A DNA stretch of 63,016 nt, filler included, from Choristocarpus tenellus KU-1152 (lineage: Eukaryota; Protista; Phaeophyceae): NCBI GenBank assembly GCA_964200185.2. It is 9 parts of 9 records of this genome, joined end to end, with 100 filler letters (N's around TTAATTAATTAA, not from the genome) between each part and the next. Parts side by side here need not be neighbours in the genome. Positions count along the whole stretch, not along the records: positions 1 to 12,313 come from CAXNAD020001878.1; 8 more parts are not named here. One strand, written 5' to 3'. The number at the start of each line of letters is the position of its first letter. Position 1 is the stretch's first letter. This document shows, piece after piece, positions 1-10,904 of the stretch. Position numbers and translations under genes: made by a program. The notes below the pieces were generated by a model. It ran no database searches and was not told the origin of the DNA. It worked only from the letters and a program-made list of their open reading frames with translations.

Positions 1-453
1 GGGTTCCGACTGGGGCACCGATTCCCAAACACGCAGGAGTGTCACGGGTTACATACTATTTGTTCAACTGATCACCAATCGCCTGGTGCTCCAAGCTTCA
101 TGGCACTGTCACCCTGTCCAGCTTGGAGGCAGAGTGGGCGGCATGGCATACGGCATGCGCCACTGCATTTTCCTTCAAGGCATTCTGGGGGAGATCGACA
201 TACTACAGGACCAGATTTCCTAGTTCGATGACAACTGTGGTGCTATCTAGGCGGGCAGCATCACGGGTTTCAACGGGAAAACAAAGCACGTGGGCATGGA
301 GCTGAAGTGCACCAGAGAACACGTGGACCAGGGTCTGTTCCTCGTAGAATACGTTCCAACATCGAAACAACTGGCTGACATTTTGACCAATTCTTTGTGC
401 AAGGACAATATTTCTTCTGACTTTGCGCATTCCGTGCTTTCACGTCGGGAGTG
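1..453 (+). mobile_element. Ty1/copia RNase H fragment (degenerate)
   Basis: Reads GSDWGTDSQTRRSVTG...SSLEAEW...KHV...EYVPTSKQLADILT with frameshifts; homologous to the minus-strand copies at 1627-2000 and 4823-5400. Confidence 0.85.
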
Positions 454-944
454 AGCTTTTGAAAGCTAACATTCCAGTACATGCAGAACCAGAGGGAATT
501 AGAAATGTCTGATATTCTGGCAGTGCACAGGGTAGAAGGATATGAATACCAGATGTGGTGGATTGGCTTGGGTTAAGTAAATACGAGAGAAAATGGGAGC
601 CACTCTCTTCGATTTTACAGTATGTCCCTGTCTTTCTATGTAAACATTTGAAGAAACTGAAGTTAAATGCTCAAGTGCGGAATGCGATTAGAAGGCAGTA
701 CAAGATTGACTTTTGAGCTGGATATTGTATGCTGTTCTTTGTCGAGCTGGCACTTTTGCTCCTGTTGGTAGCATACTTGGCTCTGGGGGTGTTGTAGACA
801 CAGCATGAAGGGTTTACCTACCATAGCTAAGGCGTTTGTATTATTTGATGTTTGGAGCATATGTGATCCTTGACTGGATATATGCTCACTCCTTCAACAA
901 ATAAAATATCTGTAAGCCCCAATGTGGGGTGGAGTCCCCACATG

Positions 945-1208
945 CTATCGTAGATCAGTTCCTGTGGTTGAACTGTCTATAGGTCCCTCCAGGTGTGTGT
1001 GCACCACCTCCTCCACCGTCTTGGGGCTGCGGCCACCCCGTGCGTAACTGAGTGCCTCGGACTTGCTCTCCTTGTATCCCTGCAGTGGAGCTCTGAGTCG
1101 ACTGTGGCATCTGCGATGTCCAGCAGGCCTTGTTTCTCCAGGTCCTTGATCGCGAATGGGTTGAGGTGACCCATGATGTTGCTTATTGGCGTGGCTAGCA
1201 TTGACCAT
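945..1208 (-). mobile_element. Ty1/copia GAG-pre-integrase/integrase N-terminal fragment
   Basis: NIMGHLNPFAIKDLEKQGLLDI and EVVHTHLEGP; same family as 3976-4418 and 5500-6060; cut at 1209 by an LTR. Confidence 0.8.
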
Positions 1209-1588
1209 TGTGCAAAAGAGCTGTTCAAATAGAGATTTTGCTTTATGTGCTATGAATGAGTTTATTAGCAGAGTGAGCACCATCCCTCGAGGTGGGGGGG
1301 TGCTCTGCCTCGTTATCTATTGCGCACGTCAGTAGACACGTTAGAACATGTCTGTCTCAGTGGCAAAATGTCACTCGTTCCGCGTCAGTCGTAACTGCGT
1401 CAGTCGTTCTGCGTCAGCTACTTTTATATTAAGCAGAAATAAAACATTACCTCTCGAGAATCGATCCTGTTACTCTAAGCTTACGGTAACAAGTCGTTCA
1501 TACTTAGTCCACTCAGACAACATTTCTGTTACATAATACTGGTTACCAAACAAATAAGAACCTATAGACTACCAGCCTATATTGCACA
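1209..1588 (-). repeat. Copia family-1 LTR (3' LTR, preceded by a polypurine tract)
   Basis: TGTGCAA...TTGCACA termini; minus-strand GGGGGAG PPT at 1589-1595 abuts it; AATAAA on the minus strand at ~1261-1266; homologous to 2425-2832 and 4419-4785. Confidence 0.9.
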
Positions 1589-2424
1589 CTCCCCCATGAG
1601 AGTGCGGCAAAGTTGCTGACAAAAGCTCACTCCTGACACGAAAGTACGGAATGCACAAAATCAGAAGAAAGGTTCTTGCACAAAGACTTGGTCAAAATGT
1701 CAACCAGTTGTTTTGATGTTGGAACGTATTCTACTTGGAACAGACCCTGGTTCACGTATTTTCTGGTGCACTTGAGCTTCATGCCCACGTGCTTGGTTTT
1801 CCCGTTGAAACCCGTGATGATACTCACCTGAAAAGCAATACGATTGTCACAGAATCAGGGAGTCTGGTCCTGCAGTAAGCCATTGCCATCCACTCTGCCT
1901 CCGAGCTGGAGAGGGTAACGGTGCCTTGAAGCTTGGATCGCCAGGCGATCGGTAATCCGTTGCACAATAGTAGGTAAGGTCTGACGCTGTGGACAGCTGG
2001 GCAAACACCTATGGCATGCTGTCCCTGATGCCGATGATAAGAGCGCGCCCTCAATAAATCTGCTGCTTCAACTTGAGCCAGGCTGCCCTCCCGTCGGGGC
2101 TGCCGTTATTTTCGTGGGTGCTGACCAACGTCGTTGCAGCCCCCTTCGTGGCCTTGCCCCCTTCGTGGCCTTGCCCAGCACGAAACAAAAGGACTCACGA
2201 TGCTTGATGTACTCTTCGTACGCGCTGCATTCCCCAAACGATCAGTCGTAGGAGGTGCAGGGATGTAGTATGCTGGGTGGAAGATGTAGTACATTCCTTT
2301 GCTTTCCACATAGCTCACCAGCGCCATCCGCCATTCTGCCCACTTCTCCCTTGTATGCCTACGCGCGCCCCTCCATAGTGGCAGCTTACGTGGGTCCGCT
2401 TCTATACCTGTGAGGCTCATAACC
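1589..2424 (-). mobile_element. Internally deleted copia body: PBS, gag N-terminus fused to RNase H, PPT
   Basis: ORF 2420-2106 MSLTGIEADPRKLPLWRG...KWAEW (gag-like); then NGLPIAWRSKLQGTVTLSSSEAEW and KHVGMK...EYVPTSKQLVDILTKSL (RNase H). Protease, integrase and most of RT are absent. Confidence 0.8.
2414..2424 (-). promoter_or_regulatory. Primer binding site GGTTATGAGCC, complementary to the tRNA-Met anticodon stem-loop
   Basis: Directly follows the LTR terminal TGCACA on the minus strand; resembles the GGTTATGGGCC PBS of Drosophila copia. Confidence 0.8.
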
Positions 2425-2832
2425 TGTGCAAAAAGAACTGTTTGAATAGAGTTTTTGATTGATGTGGTATGGATGAATTTATTAGCGGAGTGAGCACCAT
2501 CCCTCGAGGTGGGAGTGGAAGCTCTGCCTCGTTATCTATTGCGCACGTCATCAGACACGTCAGAAAATGTCTGTGTCAGTCGCTCTACGTCATTCGTTCT
2601 GCGTCACTGGTACTATGTCAGTTGTTCTGCGTCAGTCGAAGCTGCGTCAGTCATCCTGTGTCAGCCACGTACATTAAGCAGCAATAAGAAATCAACCCAT
2701 CGAGATTCGAACCTATTCTCTTACGCTAAGCGTACGGAACAAGCGATTGTCAATTAATCCACTCAGTCAACATATCTGTTATATAATACTGGTTACCAAA
2801 CGTAAGAACCTATAGAATACCAGCCTATATTG
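2425..2832 (-). repeat. Copia family-1 LTR (5' LTR, outer end eroded)
   Basis: Homologous to 1209-1588; followed by PBS and gag on the minus strand. Confidence 0.88.
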
Positions 2833-2834
2833 AG

Positions 2835-4418
2835 CAGTCGCTGGTGAGCTATGCGGGCGGCAAGGGACTCTACCGCATCCTCCAACCAGCATACTTCATC
2901 CCTGTACCTTCTACGGCTGATACATCGTTTGGGTAACGCAGCGGGTACTAGGAGTACGTCAAGCCTCGCGAGGCCTTGTGGTTCCTCCTGAGCCAGGCCA
3001 CGAAGGGGGCTGCAGCGATGATGATCAGCACCCACGAAAATAACTGAACCATGACGGGAGGGCAGCCTGGCTCGAGTTGGAGCAGCAGATCTATGGGGGG
3101 CACGTTGAGTTCCAGCGGCCCATGCAGCTTATAGCTCTCGAAATGAAGCTGCGGGACATGTACTGCTCGTCGGTGGAGGACGCTGCCGACTTCGTCATCC
3201 GTCTCGATCACGTACGGACAGAGTACGAGCAGCTGGAGGCGGTTGAGGAGGACGACGCCAAGAAGGGGGGGGCTCTGATCATCGGCATCAGGGACAGCAT
3301 GCCATAGGTGTTCGCACAGCTGTCCACAGCATCAGACCTCACCTACGACCAATTCAAAAACACTATAATCTCCTCCTCTTCATATATGACCACGGAGTTC
3401 ACAGGGGAAACGACTAGGATGAGCTTGGGCGCTATGACGATCAACACAGGTGCAGGGACACCAACAGGGAGACAGGGATCTGCGAGCGGCCTCGGTTCGA
3501 ACCAATATGCTTTCTGTCTTAAATTCAACCACAAATGAAAAGAGCGCCGCTCGTACTTGCCTGGCAAACCTCCTGCCAAGCGCCCTCAAGGGTTGGGGCG
3601 GCGCACAAATGTCCACCACCACCAACAAGAGACAGGAGCAGTAGTGGCGGAGGTGGTGGCAAGGCTAATCGCCAGGGATCATCACGGGGGTTCCTGGCAA
3701 TGAACGTGTGTCTGTTGGGGAGGACATGTAAACAGGATTGTCGAGGCAGCTCTCCTGTCCTCATCTCGCGATCTGTCCAAGGCCATCAGTCTACTTTGCG
3801 ACTCGAGTGCAAATGTGCACCTTACCTCCCGACTCCGGGACTTCACTGCAGCAACAGCTATCATCCGCACCTGCACCATTGGAAACAAAGGTACACTGGA
3901 CGCACGAGCAACTGGCGAGATGGTCCTGGAAGCAATTGACGAGACGAGACGCCGACCACGATTGTACTCCAGGATGTGCTCTGGGTACCGGGTCTGCCAT
4001 ACAGGCTTCTCAGCACAGGCAGCGTGCGGCGCAAGGGAGGTGAGTTCGTCGGCTCAGGGACCAGGAGTAGATACATCCAGCCCAACAAGGGGGCAGCAAA
4101 GATCCACTTGGAGGAGGAGAGAGCCTTTCGGATGCTGCGAGCTTACGTTTATGTAAAAAAGGGGAAGAGGAGCAACGCAATGGTCAATGCTAGCAACGCC
4201 AATAAGCAGCAGCATCTCTCCCTCTTCGACTGGCACAACATCATGGGTCACCTCGACCCATTCGTGATCAAGCACCTGGAGAAACGAGGCCTCCTGGACA
4301 TCACAGATGCCACAGTCGTCTCAGAGCTCCACTGCCAGGTATGTAAGGAGTGTAAGTCCGAGACATTAAATTAAGCACAGGGCGGCCGAAGTCCCAAGAC
4401 GGTTGAGCAGGTGGTGCA
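2835..4418 (+). mobile_element. Copia family-1 gag-protease-GAG-pre-integrase (degenerate), opposite orientation to its neighbours
   Basis: SLVSYAGGKGLYRILQPAYFIP matches the gag at 2420-2106; zinc-knuckle remnant FCLKFNHK; protease-like PDSGTS; DWHNIMGHLDP...CQVCKECK. Several stops and frameshifts. Confidence 0.85.
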
Positions 4419-4785
4419 TGTGCAAAAAAGAGCTGTTCCAACAGAGTTTGTGCTTCATGTGTTATGAATGAATTTATTAGCGAAGGAAGCACCATCCCTC
4501 GAGGTGGAGGGGGGGGAGTGCTCTGCCTCGTTATGTTTTGTGCACATCAGCAGACACCTCAGAACGTGTCTGTGTCTGTCGTCGCACTACGTCACTCGTT
4601 CTGCGTCAGCTCCTTCTATTTAGCAAAAGTAAAAAATCTACTAATCGAAAATCGAACGTCTTACTCTAATCCAAGCACACGAAAACAAGTGATTGACAAT
4701 TAGGTCACTCAGTCAACCTTTTCGTTACATAAGACTGGTTAGCAAACACATAAGAAATCTGTAGACTACAAGCCTATATTGCACA
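4419..4785 (-). repeat. Copia family-1 LTR (3' LTR with PPT)
   Basis: TGTGCAA...TTGCACA termini, then CTCCCCC (minus-strand PPT); homologous to the other two LTRs. Confidence 0.9.
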
Positions 4786-6328
4786 CTCCCCCATGAGCGT
4801 GCACAAAGTTGCTGACAAAAGCTCACTCCCGACGTGAAAGCACAGAATGCACAAAATCAGACGAAATATGGCCCTTGCACAAAGAATTGGTCAAAATATC
4901 AGCCAGTTGTTTTGATGTTGGAACGTATTCTACGTGGAACAGAACCTGGTCCACGTATTCTCTGGTGCACTTCAGCTCCATGCCCACACGCTTGGTTCTC
5001 TCGTTGAAACCCGTGATGCTGCCCGCCTAGATAGCACCAAGGTTGTCACAGAACCAGGGAAAGGAGTCTGGTGCTGTATGTAGTATGTCGATGTCCCCCA
5101 GAATGTCTTGAAGGTAAATGCAGTGTGGCATGCCGTATGCCATTGCCATCCACTCTGCCTCTGAGCTGGAGAGGCTAACGGCCGGCGCCTTGAAGCTTGG
5201 AGCACCAGGCAATTGGCGATCCGTTGAACAATAGTAGGTAACCTGTGGTACTCCTGCTTGTTTGGGAGTCGGTGCCCCGGTTGGAATCCCCATACCCCAC
5301 CAAGAGCTCTCCCTCCCCTCCATTTATATTACTTGTCCCTCGACCATAGTAAAGGCAGACGTCCAGTGTCCCTGCTACGTAGCACAGAACGTGTTGCAGT
5401 GGCAACTGTTACTTCTTTAGGCATTTTTCTGAAATGAGAATAGTTTTCGTAAGTTTTTCCCCTGACACATCTGCAAAATGTTAGAGGGCATAATATTAAA
5501 TGCATGGTCTGGGGCGTGCGTGGGGGGGTCTTACGCCATCTCACGCCCCGCTTTGTCAGCATGCGCTGGAACCTTACCCTTCTCCCGAACTCGTCATCGC
5601 CATCTCCACTGATGCACCTCAACATCACCCCTTCTCGAGCCAATTGGTCGATGTAGGTGGCGGTGGCCGCGGTAGCGGCGTCTTTCGTACGCAGACCCAT
5701 CACGCGTTTCTCCCTGCTCCCCTCGTCCACGAACAGCTGAAAGTACTTGATGCTTATCACGTCGAGGTCAGATGGTCCATCCAGGTGTGTGTGCACCACC
5801 TCCCCCACCGTCTTGGGACTGCCGCCGCCCTGTGCGTAACTGAGTGCTTCGGACTTACACTCCTTACATACCTGGCATTGGAGCTCTGAGGCGACTGTGG
5901 CATCTGCGATGTCCAGGAGGTCTCGTTTCTCCAGATGCTTAATAGCAGATGGGTTGAGGTGACCCATGATGTTGTGCCAGTCGAAGACGGAGAGACCTTG
6001 CTGCTTATTGGCATTGCTAGCATTGACCGTTGCCTGGCCCTTCTTCCCATTTTTCACCTGAAACTGGGCCCGCGGCATCAGGAAGGCTTCCTTCTCCGTT
6101 GGGCTGGATGTAGCTCCTCCTAATCCCTGAGTCCATGAACTCACCTCCCTTGCGCCGCACGCTTCCTGTGCTGAGAAGCCTGCATGGCAGACCCGGTACC
6201 CAGACACATCCGGGAGCACAATTGTGGTTGGCGTGCTCGTCTCTCGTCAGTTGCCTCCTGGACCATCTCGCCAGTTGCTCGTGCGTCCAGTGTACCTTTG
6301 TTTCCAATGGTGCCGGTGCGGGTGATAG
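4786..6328 (-). mobile_element. Copia family-1 pol remnant (protease end, integrase, RNase H; RT core deleted)
   Basis: DWHNIMGHLNP..CQVCKECK (HHCC), VHTHLDGP, YFQLFVDE, ISGDGDDEF, TPPRTPQ (integrase); GYGDSNRGTDSQTSRSTTGY and SLSSSEAEW (RNase H). Foreign ~100 bp at 5405-5500. Confidence 0.88.
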
Positions 6329-6594
6329 TGTGCAAAATAGGATAATAGTGAAGTGTACCTTATTTTGTGCATATGAGATTGTTGTGTTGAATTGCGTCCA
6401 TGTGATGTATCTAATGAGATAGTACATCCGGATTATGTATGGGATTATGTATGGGTATTTATTCTTCATTAACTACTTTGACATAACCGTTGACTTAGGT
6501 ATGAAACACAAGTAATAGTAAACAAGCAATGAGAAGACACCCCACAAAGTTCACTCTTTTAATTTCAACTATGTAATCACGTTCAGCAATAGGG
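6329..6594 (+). repeat. LTR-like repeat family 2 (partial)
   Basis: Starts TGTGCAAAATAGGA; highly similar to 57731-58042 (+) and 55701-56022 (-); truncates the copia protease. Confidence 0.75.
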
Positions 6595-6619
6595 ACTGTA
6601 TCCCTTCCTCAGGAGACCA

Positions 6620-8830
6620 TGCGCTCTCTCTACCACCTCGTACTTTGGGACTGGGATCCCAGGGGGAGTTCGCTCATGAGTGATTGCTATTTCATCCATC
6701 TTAATTCTTGGAAATCTCCTTTGAATTCTCCTCCCTCATCCGTGCGAAATGTGCCAGTCGGTATCACAACATCTGCGATAAAGCTCTTGAGTGCTGCCGC
6801 CGTGTCACTCTTCTTGTGAAGGAACGAGATGAACTTCATTTCATTCTTGTGTAATGGTCTATGAAGATCATGGTGTAATTGTTTTGACCAAATGTCACCC
6901 CCCCCCCATTAGTCCCGTGAGGTCAATGTACATGCACCCACCTCTTTCCTTTCAGCTGGTCTCGGTCGTTTTCGGGACTGGCGGTGGTAAACCTTTGCCT
7001 TCGAGCACCCTATGTACGGTCTCCAATCGCCCACCAGTTTGATGCCAATCACTTTCACCGTCTCCCGCATTACGTGTTCGTGGGGGTGCCCCAGTAACCT
7101 ATGAAACTCCATGTTGTGCTGTTGCGAAAAAGTGGTGACCAAATATGTCACTTTTTCGGCCCGCTGCTGCACTTTCATCTTGTACAGTCCTGAACCGAGC
7201 TTCTTGCCGAAAATGCAAGAACCATCCCTGCCCATGATAATAACCTTGTCTGTGTGGAAGGTAACTGACTGACTGGTTGTCTTTGAGGTTTGTTTGGCTT
7301 GCCAACAGCAGGTTTCGACCCAGCCTTTGTACGAATGCAACCTTCTGTAGAGTCACGATCTAGATTCTATAAGGCTGTTTGACTAAAATTTCCAGTCTGC
7401 CAAATGCCTCGACATCCAAGTAGGATCCATCTGTGATATCTACAGAAGTCCCTGAGGCTGCAGTCTCGTAGTCGTTGAAAGCTGTCGCATCCGAAGCCAT
7501 GGGCTGTGTGGCCCAAGAGTCCACGGAGCATTCTTGCCAGTCATTTGTGGTGACAAGACCAGACTGGATACCGCTCCGACAACCACTGTTTCAATTGCTA
7601 TCATTGCTCCCTTTGACCGAGGTCCAGCATTTTCTCTGCTCTGCTGCCTTTGCTTCCATGGTGAGGACATGTAATCGCAATGTGTCCTGGGTCATCATAA
7701 ATGTAACATCTGCTCTTTTTGTTGTGTACCTTTTTCCGTCTTGTTTCGTCTGGTTGAAGCAGCCCTCATCTCTGTGCCCACACTTTCGACAGTGGAAACA
7801 GTAGCCATTAAATGTTCCATACTTCTCTCCAGAGTTCCTACAGAACTTTGCCGTGTGACCCTCCCTGTATAGATGGCAATTTTTCATTGTTCCTTTGATT
7901 GACACTGTCAGCACCCTTGCACAAGTATCAGATCTCATCTTCAGTCTGCCATAACGCTGAGAGAGAGTGATATTGATACTTTGTCACATGGGTGACCTTT
8001 CTCTATCCAACATGCGTCGTTCAAACTCATAGCCATGCGGCAGCCTGCTGATTATGACGTTGTTGATGTCAGTGTTGTCCGCCATTGACCCTAGCCTCTC
8101 CAGCTCTTTTGCTGTTCGGTTGACCCTGCGAGTGAACCTTTTGGGGGTCTTCGTTGTTCTTTATTTTCATAGTGTTAAACTCCTGGTGTAGGCAGCATAA
8201 TTCGCTGAATCCATCTGCCCTGTAATACTTTGTGAGCACCCTCCAGACACCGCTGGGGGATCCTGCGTTCTCTACAGTTTCAAATACCATCCCCTTCCAC
8301 GTAGTGATAATGATCTCCACGACACTTCCACCTGGTGCAGTCGACTGACTAACCGTCAAAGTCATCTTGACAGGCTATTTCGTCTTCTTCCTCGGCTACG
8401 TTAAATGCCTCTGCACACCCGAGAGTTCTCATCTGGGTTAAATGTACCTTGTGCCACTCGTTCCAATCTTCTTTCTCCCCAGAAAAATGTTGGTCAACTT
8501 TCAGGTTTGTAATGCCATAGTTGGCGCGTGTTGCTGCGACTGCTGTAGTTGTTGCAATTGTTGCCGTTGTTGCTGTTGTTGCCGTTGTAGCTGTTGATAC
8601 TGCTGTTGCTGTCGTTGCTGAGCTTGGAGTGCACTCTCCACCGCTTGCTGAATCACAGCACCCAGGCTCTCCATCACCATGTTCTGATCCCCCAACACCC
8701 TATCTTCTTGCAAACCCATAGACTTTATGACTTGTTTCCAAAAGATCTTGTAACGTGTTGAGATATTCCATTGAACGCTGACACGGCTTCCTCCTTTGAC
8801 CGTTGAAATAAAATCTGACAGTCACAGGCG
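6620..8830 (-). mobile_element. Second Ty1/copia family: degenerate gag (polyQ, two zinc knuckles), protease, GAG-pre-integrase, integrase start
   Basis: FSGEKEDWNEW gag motif; CHLYREGHTAKFC and CFHCRKCGHRDEGC; FHRLLGHPHEHVMRETVK...CSKAK; many stops and frameshifts. Confidence 0.85.
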
Positions 8831-8843
8831 TGCCCTAAAAGAC

Positions 8844-9225
8844 TGTTGATAAAATAATAGTTTACATCATTGGTATCTCATTTGCCCACATGGCTATCCC
8901 TTTCTGTAGTAGGACCGAATTGCTTGGTCAAGAATGGAAGTGAGTTAGTAGGATCCTCTCTACTACTACTCCACTGACAGTTGTCTAGAACAACCCTACA
9001 CCCAGAATTCCCAAATGCGTTGATCTCACTATATGCTTCGAGCTGACAAATCTAGAAAACTAGAATGTTCTCAGAATGTTCTCAGAATGTTCTCAGAATG
9101 TTCTCCAGAGTCGTGGAAACATCACCTCTGGAAAGTAGTGATTTTGTGGAATTATCAAGGCGCTAAAGCTCTCTGCACAAGGGGGCAATGACTATCACCA
9201 TACTACTATCACCATACTAAACTCT
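8844..9225 (-). repeat. Putative 5' LTR of the second copia family
   Basis: TGTTGA boundary just upstream of gag; contains tandem motifs; no second copy in the window and the outer boundary is uncertain. Confidence 0.4.
9062..9105. repeat. (AGAATGTTCTC)x4 tandem repeat with GAAnnTTC dyads
   Basis: Four exact 11-bp units read directly. Confidence 0.9.
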
Positions 9226-9743
9226 TCCTCCTCAGAGGGTGAAACCGAGTTTCACAGGTCTTGCCCGAACATCTCAAAGTCAGTGGAGGAAATCCAGAAC
9301 AACACAAAAACCTGAATGCATAACAGATGTCCCAGAATGACTGAACATGGTACCAGCAGAGAAATGGATTGGTCAGAATCGGAATGGATCATTGTTCTGA
9401 CAGTCCTTTTGGCTGCTTGGTTAAATCCAGATCTTATGGGTGTAGTTGGTTTTATGAACTGGTTGGAATAGACAAGTTCCAATGATGTGGTTGGCGCGCA
9501 CAAATGTATATGGTGGCGCATCATATCCACAAATGTGTGTGTCGGAGATCCCAAAAAGGAACCAGTCCCTGACATTCCCCCCCCCCCAGTGTGGATTCTA
9601 TCCGACACGAACACCAAAGTGGCTGGCTGCCCAGCACTTCATGTCGGACAGGTCCATCTTTGAGAGGAAAAAAAAAAGAATAAAATCCTGGTTAAAACAA
9701 CTCAGGGCGGCAAAGAAAACTGAAATGGTGGAGCACTAGTGGT

Positions 9744-10660
9744 GATCAGCCCTAGGTCGCACTGGTCAAAGTGAATTCTGTGTTAACAGGTGGAAAGGTG
9801 CAGTGAGAAAAATGGCGTGGACCTGCATGTCTCCTACGTGCCTCCGATCCGAGTGGATAAAGCTCAGTATCACCACAGCTTTGGTACATCAAGTCATCTA
9901 TTGGGGAGTGTTGTGGGGATAGTGTCAAGGGTGGTTGGAAGACTCATCATCCCTTAGTATCACCTCTTCTTCAACAACTTGCCTCCAAGGTCCTTGGATA
10001 ACCAGAAATTTGGACTTTAAACATTTCATACATGCGCATTTGTTAAAATAAAGTAAAATATTATACCCATGGTAAATGATATTTTGAAAAAATATGCATG
10101 CTTCTCACAGATAGGATCAATCTGTGTTAAATGTCTCCGGATAAGAGCAATCTTTCTACCCCACAAGCCTGAAGTCGTCTAATAGATCAGCTCTAAATGC
10201 CACCCTAGTCCAAGTGAATCTGTTTAACGGGTGGAAAGGTGCAGTGAGAAAAATGGCGTGGACCTGCGTGTCTCCTACGTGCCTCCTGGGGATCCGAGTG
10301 GATAAAGCTCAGTATCACCACAGCTTTGGAACATCAAGCAATCTATTGGGGAGTGTTGTGGGGATAGTGTCAGGGTGGTTGGAAGACTCATCATCCCTTA
10401 CCTTAGTATCACCTCTTCTTCAACAACTTGCCTCCAAGGTCCTTGGACAACCGGAAAATTAGACTGAATATTTTGTTACATGCGCATTTGTTTTAGTTGG
10501 TGCAAAGTAAAATAATATAACCCGTGGTAAAAAATATTGTGAATAATATGCATGCTTCTCACAGATAGGACCAACCCGTGTTTGTGTTGTTTCTGGATAA
10601 GAGCAATTTTTCTACTCCACGAGCCTGAAGTCGTGTAATAAATCAGATCTAAAATACCAC
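9744..10660 (+). repeat. Tandem duplication, two diverged ~445-bp units
   Basis: GGTGGAAAGGTGCAGTGAGAAAAATGGCGTGGACCTGC at ~9789 and ~10230, collinear through to CCTGAAGTCGT. Confidence 0.9.
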
Positions 10661-10904
10661 CCAGACTGAGTCACGAGATGGCCTTCAAGAATTTATCGGC
10701 ATTATTTCCGCCATCTTGGTAGCGAAAAAGAAATATTCCTATCTATGGAATCTGGTGGCAACTCACCAGGCCCGCAACCCACTAGTATAGAGGCATATAT
10801 CGCACTTTCCAGTCCACTAGAAGGGATATCACAAGTATTAGACGAGGCTGGTTGTAATTAGGTGGACGCCCGGTTGGCAGTAATAAGACAACGGCATATT
10901 GACC

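Noticed and set aside
5329-5500. C-terminus of the 296-aa ORF as a novel integrase extension
   Set aside because: Read-through into an inserted hairpin repeat and out-of-frame pol sequence.
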